A DNA stretch of 64,000 nucleotides, taken from the IMG/VR virus record IMGVR_UViG_3300012205_000277, positions 27,830 through 91,829 of that record; one strand, 5' to 3'. Each line of letters starts with the position of its first letter. Position 1 is the first letter of the stretch. This DNA comes from a virus. The position numbers and the translations under genes are program-made. The notes under the pieces were generated by a model. It had not been told where the DNA came from. It saw only the letters and a list, made by a program, of their open reading frames with translations, and did not search any database. This document shows positions 9,677-17,162 of the stretch, piece by piece.

Positions 9677-10444
9677 TTGACCTGGGGAAACAAAGGCGGT
9701 AAGTTGATGGGTATGCAGTTCTCGACCGCCGGCGTGATCCAGTATTTATCGATGCGGCTGGACTTCGTGCGCGACATCGACCATGAAGTGATCCGGCGGG
9801 TGGCGAACTACGTCGTCAAAGGCGACTGGACGATGGCCGAAGCGGAAGAATTTTTAAGGCAAGTCCAGGCGCAAGATGTGCGCTTGAAAAGAGGCAATCC
9901 CCCGAGAAAGGCGGTTCCCTCTTTGACCCGCACGGCCACGCAAATGCTGCAGCAGCAGGAAGCCGCCAGGGAGCGAATGAAAACGGTTTTTAATGACATG
10001 ATGGGGCCAGGCTATTGGGAAAGCTGCGAGGACCAGCGGCGGGCGCGGTTAGCCGCATTGGACACGTTCGGAATCCCGCCGGAGAGGGTGCCACCAGACG
10101 GTGCGAACCGGGCGACGGCGGAAGTCTTGCAACAGGAACAGGAATCGGCCACCGAGCAAATGATTATAGCTTTCAATGAACTGATGGGAGAAAACTATTT
10201 ACAAATCCCCTCTGCGCTCCGCACGGCCGAGCAGCAAGGCCAGATTGCGAGAGCCGAACTGCAGCGCCAGGATGAGGAGAATCGCTATCGGCTCGAATTG
10301 CTGAAAGACATGCCTTTTATCGTGCCGGGAGAAACTGTCGATGAATTGCGTGCTAGAAAGTCGAGTCCAAGTTCACCGGGAATCATACAGACCGAGCCGG
10401 AAACCTCTTTTCTTACCGGCAAGCGCAAAATTGTTTTGGAGTGA
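9677..10444 (+). CDS. Hypothetical helical protein
   Basis: Long ORF with internal repeat RTATQMLQQQE / RATAEVLQQEQE; ends KRKIVLE; start uncertain. Confidence 0.65.
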   Translation: MTWGNKGGKLMGMQFSTAGVIQYLSMRLDFVRDIDHEVIRRVANYVVKGDWTMAEAEEFLRQVQAQDVRLKRGNPPRKAVPSLTRTATQMLQQQEAARERMKTVFNDMMGPGYWESCEDQRRARLAALDTFGIPPERVPPDGANRATAEVLQQEQESATEQMIIAFNELMGENYLQIPSALRTAEQQGQIARAELQRQDEENRYRLELLKDMPFIVPGETVDELRARKSSPSSPGIIQTEPETSFLTGKRKIVLE

Positions 10445-10527
10445 ATCATGACACGCTGGCTGAAAAATGAATGGCGATTCATTAAATATATTTTCCGGTA
10501 TGCGGAGTTTAAGCCAAAGGAATAATC

Positions 10528-10980
10528 ATGTGCTTCCCGATGAAAGATGCCATCGAAAAAGAATGGCGCTACGCTGGCCTCGATTGCGTGGTGGCACGCG
10601 CCGACCTGGCGCACGCCGTGGGTGGCTGGGAAGGTGTGATGAAGCATCGCTGCGGCTATGTGCGCGTTCCGGCCGGACACCGCTTCCATGGACAACCGTA
10701 CGACGATATCGATGTGGACGTGCATGGCGGACTGACGTTTGCCGAAATCGAGCCGTGCGCCCATGAAGACGGCATCGGCTATTGGATTGGATTCGATTGC
10801 GCCCATTCCGGAGATGCCAACTGCCCGCCAGGCGATCCGGACGCCGTGCGTCTTGGACTACGCAGTATGCTCCAGGGCCATTACTGGACGCTCGATGAGG
10901 TCCAGGCGGAAACCGAACGCTTGGCGGAACAAGTCCTCGCGGCTGCCGCTCTTGGCGGCCGGCACATCGTTGTGGCATAA
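10528..10980 (+). CDS. Conserved phage protein (CGYV..HGGLT..GFDCAH family)
   Basis: HRCGYVRVP..H, VHGGLTF and WIGFDCAHSGD motifs; AAGGA RBS. Confidence 0.85.
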   Translation: MCFPMKDAIEKEWRYAGLDCVVARADLAHAVGGWEGVMKHRCGYVRVPAGHRFHGQPYDDIDVDVHGGLTFAEIEPCAHEDGIGYWIGFDCAHSGDANCPPGDPDAVRLGLRSMLQGHYWTLDEVQAETERLAEQVLAAAALGGRHIVVA

Positions 10981-11175
10981 ATGAAAGAAAAAGGGTGGCT
11001 TGGCCGGGTTATCTGTTTCCTGCATCTGTGCACGCTCGATCAGATCAGATACGACTGGGATCCGTTCATTCAGCACAAGCGGCGGAAATTCGGGATTTGC
11101 TCGCGGTGTTTGCGCAGTAAACGCCTGCCGGCACCTTGGCTTTGCCCGCATTGCCACGCCTTCCACTGGAGATAA
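10981..11175 (+). CDS. Small Cys/His-rich protein
   Basis: Starts directly after the previous stop; CSRC, CPHC. Confidence 0.5.
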   Translation: MKEKGWLGRVICFLHLCTLDQIRYDWDPFIQHKRRKFGICSRCLRSKRLPAPWLCPHCHAFHWR

Positions 11176-11181
11176 TTCGGC

Positions 11182-11211
11182 TTGACAGCGCGGGCGGAGT
11201 TCTGGCAAAGT
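11182..11211 (+). promoter_or_regulatory. Promoter of the Pth / amber-tRNA unit
   Basis: TTGACA at 11182 and TGgCAAAGT extended -10; predicted start is close to ATG 11221, so probably leaderless. Confidence 0.55.
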
Positions 11212-11220
11212 CTTCGCATC

Positions 11221-11658
11221 ATGACCTAGATTCCACAAGAAGAATCTTACGTTTTTTGTTTCATCCGCACTAACCTCCCGACCGAACATCAATTTGTGCA
11301 AGCCCTTCATTCCGTCTATCATCTGGCACAACTCCGCCGCGAAGATGGCACGCCCAACATCGTCCTGATCGGGTTGCCGGATGCGGCGGCGCTCCGGCGC
11401 GCGGAACAGAAGCTGATTGCCGCGAAGATCCCGCATTTTGTTTGGGAAGAGCCGGATTATAATTTTGGGCTTACGAGCATTGCGACGGCGCCGATCCGCG
11501 GCGATGAGCGCAAGGCTTTGGCCAATTATCGAGTTTACAAAGCACCGGTGGTGTCAAGTAGCACGTCGCCCTCTAAAGGTGAAAGTGTCTGCTCAATACA
11601 GACCCGGTGCGCCAATTCCAGTGGGGCAGGCACGGTTGCTAGCGCTGTGCGGGTTTGA
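11221..11658 (+). CDS. Peptidyl-tRNA hydrolase, PTH2/PTRHD1-like, with in-frame TAG at codon 3
   Basis: MT*IPQEESYVFCFIRTNLPTEHQFVQALHS...IVLIGL...IPHFVWEEPDYNFGLTSIATAP...LANYRVYK. The track ORF from 11296 lacks the first beta-strand. Confidence 0.8.
11542..11614 (+). tRNA. Non-canonical tRNA, anticodon CUA (amber suppressor-like)
   Basis: GCACCGG/CCGGTGC-G-CCA acceptor; D stem GTGT/GCAC; TCGCC-CTCTAAA-GGTGA; T arm GTCTG-CTCAATA-CAGAC. Confidence 0.8.
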
Positions 11659-11675
11659 GTACCACTGCCCCACCA
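11623..11675 (+). ncRNA. 53-nt D-armless tRNA-like RNA, loop centred on CUA (or GCU)
   Basis: GGGGCAG/CTGCCCC-A-CCA; GCACGGT-TGCTAGC-GCTGTGC; short GGT-TTGAGT-ACC arm. Confidence 0.6.
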
Positions 11676-11681
11676 GTTTGA

Positions 11682-11756
11682 CCGCGTGTAGCTCAGTGGC
11701 AGAGCAGGGACTTCTAAACTCCTTGGGCGCGAGTTCGATTCTCGCCACGCGGTCCA
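11682..11756 (+). tRNA. tRNA, anticodon CUA (amber suppressor; Arg-UCU reading less likely)
   Basis: CCGCGTG/CACGCGG-T-CCA; GCTC/GAGC D stem; GGGAC-TTCTAAA-CTCCT; canonical GTTCGATTC. Confidence 0.8.
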
Positions 11757-11781
11757 AATGTCAAGTTTCCGGCGCAAAAAC

Positions 11782-11809
11782 TTGACATTTAGAAACGGAA
11801 TCTTATACT
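11782..11809 (+). promoter_or_regulatory. Sigma70-type promoter
   Basis: TTGACA-16 nt-TATACT. Confidence 0.75.
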
Positions 11810-11858
11810 CTTCGACGGAACTACCTGCGGAAGAATCCGCATCGAAAAGGAGAACCTG

Positions 11859-12965
11859 ATGCCAAACCTCGAGCTATCCGTCAATTCCATTTGTAAAATC
11901 GTTTCCGAAGAAAAATACGGTTTCAAATTCGGCAAGCCCGATCGTCCGTCGGCCGAATCGTTGTCTTGCATCCTCCCGATCCTGCGCAAGACGGCGCAAG
12001 TCCGCCAATACGTGACGTATCCGGAAAGCGATCAAGTCCTCGTCCACGACTCCGGCAGCATCAACAAAGTCAACCTGCTCAATTCCTCGAAAGAAAATGT
12101 TTTCGTCCGCAGCGGAACGATTTTCGAGGGCAAAGGCACGCAAAGCCGCGCGTTGACGCGCAGTGCGGTGCTCTTTCCCGGCCAGGCGGTGGCGCTCGAT
12201 GTGCGCTGCGTGCATGCCTCGCACGGGATCCGCAGCGGGTCGGCATTCGTTTACGGCGGGATCACCCCGCTGAGCGTCGATACGGCTTTCTATCGTTCCG
12301 GGTACACTCCGGGCGATCAGCACACCATGTGGAATACGGTAACGGCCAGCACCACTTCGATGAGCGGCATGTCGGCTGGCGAGGTCCCCGAACCGGTCCG
12401 CGGCAGCTTTGAAAAATGGGCTGGCGCCCCAAGGCGCGGAAGCCGTCGCAGCCTCATGGCTTCCGGCGGAAGCGTCGTCCAGGACTTCGGCAGAGCCGTC
12501 ATTGGCGAAGCCGGCCATGAAACGTACCTGCCCAACGCTGACAACCTCAAAGAGAACTTCGATGCGTTCGCCAAGAACTTTGACGAGATCCTGTCGAAAG
12601 CGCGGCTGCATGACAACCAGGTCGGTCTCGGGCTGATTACCGACAAAGGATGCAAAACCGTTGAACTTTTTGATATAGGCAAATCCTGGGAAGCGGTCCA
12701 CAAGGATTCTGTAAAACGCGTGGGCGCAGAATTGCTTCGCGGCGAGGACAAAACGAATGTGTTCGAATACAAGCCGGAGCATGCGGTCAATGCGGTTCGC
12801 GCGGTCCTTGGATTGCCGTTCAAAACCAACCTGATCTACCAACATAAGCCGTCGAACGGCGAGCCGCCGGTATCGATCTTTGGATTGACGGCCGAGCGCT
12901 TCGTCGGCGAAGTGGTCGAGTTGGATTCGCGAGTGATCCACCTGGTCATTATTGAGACGGTGTAA
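11859..12965 (+). CDS. ARPP-1 / DUF6569-like protein
   Basis: DSGSINKVNLLNSSKENVFVRSGTIFEGKGTQSR..VRCVH pattern; AAGGAG RBS. Confidence 0.7.
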   Translation: MPNLELSVNSICKIVSEEKYGFKFGKPDRPSAESLSCILPILRKTAQVRQYVTYPESDQVLVHDSGSINKVNLLNSSKENVFVRSGTIFEGKGTQSRALTRSAVLFPGQAVALDVRCVHASHGIRSGSAFVYGGITPLSVDTAFYRSGYTPGDQHTMWNTVTASTTSMSGMSAGEVPEPVRGSFEKWAGAPRRGSRRSLMASGGSVVQDFGRAVIGEAGHETYLPNADNLKENFDAFAKNFDEILSKARLHDNQVGLGLITDKGCKTVELFDIGKSWEAVHKDSVKRVGAELLRGEDKTNVFEYKPEHAVNAVRAVLGLPFKTNLIYQHKPSNGEPPVSIFGLTAERFVGEVVELDSRVIHLVIIETV

Positions 12966-12974
12966 ACTCATGGA

Positions 12975-13172
12975 ATGGGTCTTACCGCCGAAGAACGCGA
13001 GAAATTCGCGGCCTATCTCGAGCAAAACGCCAGGGACACCGAGAAACTGGTGCAGCAACTGCTGAATCTCCCGGCAGGCCGGCAACTGGCCGCACGATTC
13101 GAGAAAGAAGCGGAGGCTTCCCGGATCATCGCGGAGAAATTGCGGAACACCCTGAGGCAGGAAATCAAATAA
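12975..13172 (+). CDS. Small helical hypothetical protein
   Basis: Follows the ARPP-1-like gene closely. Confidence 0.6.
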   Translation: MGLTAEEREKFAAYLEQNARDTEKLVQQLLNLPAGRQLAARFEKEAEASRIIAEKLRNTLRQEIK

Positions 13173-13229
13173 TCAAGGGTACTCGCTTGCTGTGGGACGC
13201 CCCAAGCTTTCCCCTTGATTATTTTTCCT

Positions 13230-13565
13230 CTATCCGACCGGAACGCCAAGCCCGAAGGAAATCTGTGCCGCCGGCCCGCTCACGATATCGATCGAGACCG
13301 CCCCGGTTGGACCCGGCGTCCCGTCCGTATTCGTCACCGCGGCATTGATCTGCACGGTCCCGAGCTTCGCTCCGCCGGCAATCACCCCGCTCGCGACCGT
13401 TCCGCTGGCAGGAGTGGCATCCGGCAACACCGTGGCACTGGCCGGGTCGCTCGAACTGACCGTGATCGTGCCGCCCGGCGCCAGCTGCGCCGGGTTTCCG
13501 TCCGCATCCACGGCGGTCAACTGGTAAGGCACCTTCTGAACGTCTTGCAATTGGAAATTGGACAT
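13230..13565 (-). CDS. Ig-like beta-sandwich protein, possibly virion decoration
   Basis: LTAVDADGNP..TVSSSDPASATV..GTVQINA; AGGAGG RBS. Confidence 0.7.
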   Translation of the reverse strand: MSNFQLQDVQKVPYQLTAVDADGNPAQLAPGGTITVSSSDPASATVLPDATPASGTVASGVIAGGAKLGTVQINAAVTNTDGTPGPTGAVSIDIVSGPAAQISFGLGVPVG

Positions 13566-13780
13566 TTTGTAAATTTCCTCCTTTTTATTTCGGTAGTCCC
13601 AAAGAAAATTTCAATACCACTGCTGTACGCCCGTGTAAAGCATCCAGGATTTTCTGTTGCAAGACCAGGGACTCTTTTTGCAGGTGCAGCGATAGCGCCA
13701 ACTGGTTTCTGAGCAAAGCCAGGTTGTCTTCGATCTCGGTCAGCAACCGCCGGTCTTCCTTGCCGTAGAACGTGAGCATT

Positions 13781-14047
13781 TTATTCGGCCTCGAGCCGGA
13801 TGGCGCGAATGCCATCGAGCGGGAAACGGTCTACGGGGATTTCCGGGTCGGGAGTTGCGGCGAGATCCGCGCGGAGTCCGCGGTAATCCAATTCGGCGAT
13901 CAGGCTGTCTCTCAGCCAGCGCCATTCCGGGGAAGTCATCACAAAGGTGGTCGTGAGAAAAGATAAATAAGAATCGGACAACAAGCGGATACGGGTGCCT
14001 TTATGCTTTCCGAATGGGATCACCGCCCTGCCATGCCGCCGTGCCAT
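13781..14047 (-). CDS. DUF3820-like protein
   Basis: IPFGKHKG...SYLSFL motif. Confidence 0.7.
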   Translation of the reverse strand: MARRHGRAVIPFGKHKGTRIRLLSDSYLSFLTTTFVMTSPEWRWLRDSLIAELDYRGLRADLAATPDPEIPVDRFPLDGIRAIRLEAE

Positions 14048-14286
14048 GACGGTTATTCTGGCACGAGCGTCACGATTTGGATATCGTTTTCAACGCGGAC
14101 TTCGCTAACTTTCCACCAGACGGATCTTTCACAGATCGGATCGCCAACGGCATAAAGCCGGCTGTATAGCATGGGCTCTTCCCAGAGAACATCACCGTCG
14201 TGGATATAGCGAATCGTGTTGATAACATCGGCCATGGAGAGTTCTCCTCGGGCGGAGTCTAACATATTTAGGGTGTAAGAAAGTAG

Positions 14287-14315
14287 TTGCAATCCGCCAT
14301 GAGGTTACCTAGACT
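14287..14315 (+). promoter_or_regulatory. Sigma70-type promoter
   Basis: TTGCAA-17 nt-TAGACT. Confidence 0.65.
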
Positions 14316-14323
14316 CTAGGCCA

Positions 14324-14396
14324 CGTGCCGGTTGCTGCGAGCCGGAAAGGGTGAAACCCTCGCCCTCAAGGGCCCGCGCGGGGACAGGCCGGCACG
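14324..14396 (+). ncRNA. Structured 5' leader RNA candidate
   Basis: CGTGCCGG/CCGGCACG closing stem with inner AGGGT-GAA-ACCCT and GCCC-TCAA-GGGC hairpins. Confidence 0.5.
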
Positions 14397-14420
14397 ATTG
14401 ATTTTGGGGAGGAATCGGAA

Positions 14421-14858
14421 ATGGCGCGATGGGTGAAATGGTCGATTGGCGGTACCGCCGGCCTGGTCATAGCCTTCTTGTTCTATCTGGCCTTGTTTAA
14501 TCATATCGCCATCAACGAAATCGGCGTAGCTTACAATTCCATCGGCGGCAAAGTCTGGGTGCAGGATCATCCCGGGTGGTATGTGACCGCGCCAACCGTG
14601 GAAGTGGCGGTCATCCCGACAGTCCCTTTGCGGGTAACGATACCTTCCGAAGCCAAGGTGATCAACACGAAAATCGTCCGGTTCAATCCCAAAGGCGTCG
14701 ATGAATTTATCCGCCTGCAAGGCTTCAGTTATTTTTCAAATCAAGGAATCGAAAATATCCTGATGGGCTACGCGTTTTCCGGACAGAAGTATCCTTTCCT
14801 GGATGTGCTGCAGGAAAGCGGCGGCGAGAACGCCACTTCCGCTCCGCTCCGGCAATGA
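14421..14858 (+). CDS. Membrane-anchored SPFH/Band-7-like protein
   Basis: N-terminal TM helix, then HIAINEIGVAYN...PGWYVTAP; GGAGG RBS. Confidence 0.6.
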   Translation: MARWVKWSIGGTAGLVIAFLFYLALFNHIAINEIGVAYNSIGGKVWVQDHPGWYVTAPTVEVAVIPTVPLRVTIPSEAKVINTKIVRFNPKGVDEFIRLQGFSYFSNQGIENILMGYAFSGQKYPFLDVLQESGGENATSAPLRQ

Positions 14859-15281
14859 AATGGCGCATCGCGATGACGCTAAGCCTCGCGGCTGTTGCGG
14901 TGCGACTGCTGTATGGCTGGAGGCAACTCACGTTCCTCGTATGGACGGTTGCGGCGGTCATCAACCATGCGCATCCGCTTCTGACCGTATCGGCGATCGA
15001 AGGGACAGTGATTCTTGGCATCGTCAAGGCCTCGTGGTTGGCGGCAGGAAGGATTCTTGATTTTTGGATGGAGCTAAAATGGAAGTGCGTATCTCGCTAT
15101 CGGAAGAGCAATTCAAGAAACTAGTTGCCGGCGAAATCGTGGACACCGAACTGCCCCATCCAGAGACTTATGGTCTTGTCCCCATCAAGCTGGCGCTCCA
15201 GGATATCGGTTTCAAAGTCATGCTGCGCGCTGTTTATGATGCTATGGCCGCACAAGCCAAGAAGAACCGGGAAGCAGCCCG

Positions 15282-15476
15282 ATGAGACGCCGCTGGCTTA
15301 CCGCCGAAGAGTACTCGCGGATCAAGGCGCTGCGCGGGCAAGGATTGACCTACCAACAGATTGCGTCGCGCTTTGGGATTCCGTTGCCGACGATCGAGAC
15401 GATCGCGAGAGGCCGGTCGAAGCCGCATGTTTATGCCAAACTGAAACCGAGCGATACCCGGAGCGCGACCCGATGA
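15282..15476 (+). CDS. HTH DNA-binding protein
   Basis: GLTYQQIASRFGIPLPTIETI. Confidence 0.8.
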   Translation: MRRRWLTAEEYSRIKALRGQGLTYQQIASRFGIPLPTIETIARGRSKPHVYAKLKPSDTRSATR

Positions 15477-15763
15477 AAACGTATTTCCGCAAAGTGAATG
15501 GTATGTACCATGTCGATGAGGAGGGTTATTTGGTCAAGACCAGCAATGGCGAGCGCGTGCCGCCAGAAGAGCCGCTGTTCATTTTGCGCGGCCGCGATGC
15601 GCTTGCTGTTGAAACCATTCATCATTACGTGGGATTGCTCGCTGGCAATGGAGGAGATCCGCAGAGAATGTTCGAACTTGGCGGCGTGGTTCACGATTTT
15701 TTGATGTTCAGGAAAGACCATCCCGAACGCATGAAACTGCCAGGGAGCACCAAAGGCAAATGA
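15473..15763 (+). CDS. Conserved small phage protein (EPxFxLRxxD family)
   Basis: VPPEEPLFILRGRDALA; ATGA overlap. Confidence 0.7.
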   Translation: MKTYFRKVNGMYHVDEEGYLVKTSNGERVPPEEPLFILRGRDALAVETIHHYVGLLAGNGGDPQRMFELGGVVHDFLMFRKDHPERMKLPGSTKGK

Positions 15764-16050
15764 TTGTCAAAGTCAAGATCGCGCCGTTTGAAAAATGGTG
15801 TGAGCCGATGCGGCAGGCCATGGCGCTTGCGCCGCCGCACCTTCTTCATAGATTTGGCCTTCCTATCGGCGTGGAAATTAGCATCGAAACGTCCTCAATG
15901 AGGACCACGCAAACGGTTATTCCCTGCGGTGGAAAAGAATGGCGCGTTGTGGAGTTGCCGGCCGAGATCACGCCGTTTGATGCGGAAACCGGCGAAGTGA
16001 AGAAGGGCGGACGCGGCTGGATTTGCGAGCATGTTCTCGAAATGGATTGA
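15760..16050 (+). CDS. Hypothetical protein
   Basis: ATGA coupling within the operon. Confidence 0.6.
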   Translation: MIVKVKIAPFEKWCEPMRQAMALAPPHLLHRFGLPIGVEISIETSSMRTTQTVIPCGGKEWRVVELPAEITPFDAETGEVKKGGRGWICEHVLEMD

Positions 16051-16400
16051 ACTGAAAAAAATGGACCAGCAAGAAAGACTTGAAGCCGTCAAAGCCTCGG
16101 TCGAACAAGTCCGCCAACTGACTTTGCAAAGCTGGCCTTCGACCCACTCGAATCCCCCGGATATCGAGAATTGGCGGACGACGATTGCCTGTCTGATTAA
16201 AAATTGCGATGAATTACAAAGGGCTCTGCGCCAGCAGCGTTGGATCGATGAGAATTTTGCTTCTTATGTGCTGGATCAATGCGAACGGGCAAAAATATCG
16301 ACGCGCGCCGGCCATCCCATGGATTGGATGGCGCTGATGGACAGCTTAATCGTTGCCTGCCGCGACGTTCTTGACCGATGATCTGCCCGAAGGAGTGACG

Positions 16401-16631
16401 ATGCCGCTATTTGAATGTGAGCAATGCCATTGCGTGGACAACACAGCGCTTACAAACTTCTGGCAAGCGCACATTGAGGAAAAGCCTCAGCTATGCAGCG
16501 CGTGCGACCCTGAAATTGGGAAGTGGCATGATAAGTTTCCGAGGATTCCAGCAGCCGAATACACGGAGAAGTATCCGAAGGCCAGAAAAGTTGAATATCC
16601 GGCTAAGGGCGCGGCGCAAAGCCGTGGGTGA
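16401..16631 (+). CDS. Small zinc-binding phage protein
   Basis: MPLFECEQCHCVDNTA...LCSAC..GKWHDKF; AAGGAG RBS. Confidence 0.75.
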   Translation: MPLFECEQCHCVDNTALTNFWQAHIEEKPQLCSACDPEIGKWHDKFPRIPAAEYTEKYPKARKVEYPAKGAAQSRG

Positions 16632-16828
16632 GGAGACGGCGGGCCGATGAAAAGACGAGCATTGCAGATGGAATTCGTACCCTAGCCCAAGCAGCCCATC
16701 CCGCTCGCTGCATTGGCTATCCTGATTGCGATGGTGACCTAGAAGGCGAGAAGCATAGTGAGAAGTGCAAGGCAGCCCATCCCAGAGTTTCAGGCGCAAC
16801 TAGCGCCGCGAAGGATGGTGATTGACAA

Positions 16829-17041
16829 ATGCTAAATCCGTTGTTTGAAGTCCATATGCTGAACGAGCAGGGCAAGGGACTGGCAAAGTCGTTGGCTGGG
16901 GAATTTCATGGCTTCCTGTGTTCTATCGAGGGCATGTGCGGCACGGAAGGCCGGGAAATGGCAATCGTGCGAACAAAGTTAGAGGAGGCGTCGTTTTTCG
17001 CAAAGAAGGCGATGGCAAATCAGAAGTGCAACCAGCAATAA
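16829..17041 (+). CDS. Acb2/Tad1-like helical-hairpin protein, candidate cyclic-nucleotide sponge
   Basis: GREMAIVRTKLEEASFFAKKAMA matches the RxxAxAxTKLEEAxMW core. Confidence 0.65.
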   Translation: MLNPLFEVHMLNEQGKGLAKSLAGEFHGFLCSIEGMCGTEGREMAIVRTKLEEASFFAKKAMANQKCNQQ

Positions 17042-17162
17042 ATAGCGGTGACTTGATGCGCGTGAGGACTTGGGGCTGCGGTGCGCAGTTAGCTTGAAAT
17101 CAGAAACCACAAGCAACAAGCGCAGGACAGCCACAGCCCCAAGATTTCAGGAGAAATGGGCC

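Noticed and set aside
11542-11614. A genuine pyrrolysine system
   Set aside because: Stem and connector lengths differ from tRNA-Pyl, and no pyl genes are in the window.
11682-11756. Reading this tRNA as Arg(TCT)
   Set aside because: CTTCTAA is present, but the stem register centres the loop on CTA, and a proper Arg(TCT) exists at 54404. Not fully excluded.
8149-13085. Long antisense ORFs (8149-8889, 9057-9620, 11874-13085)
   Set aside because: Shadow frames of terL and the ARPP-1-like gene.
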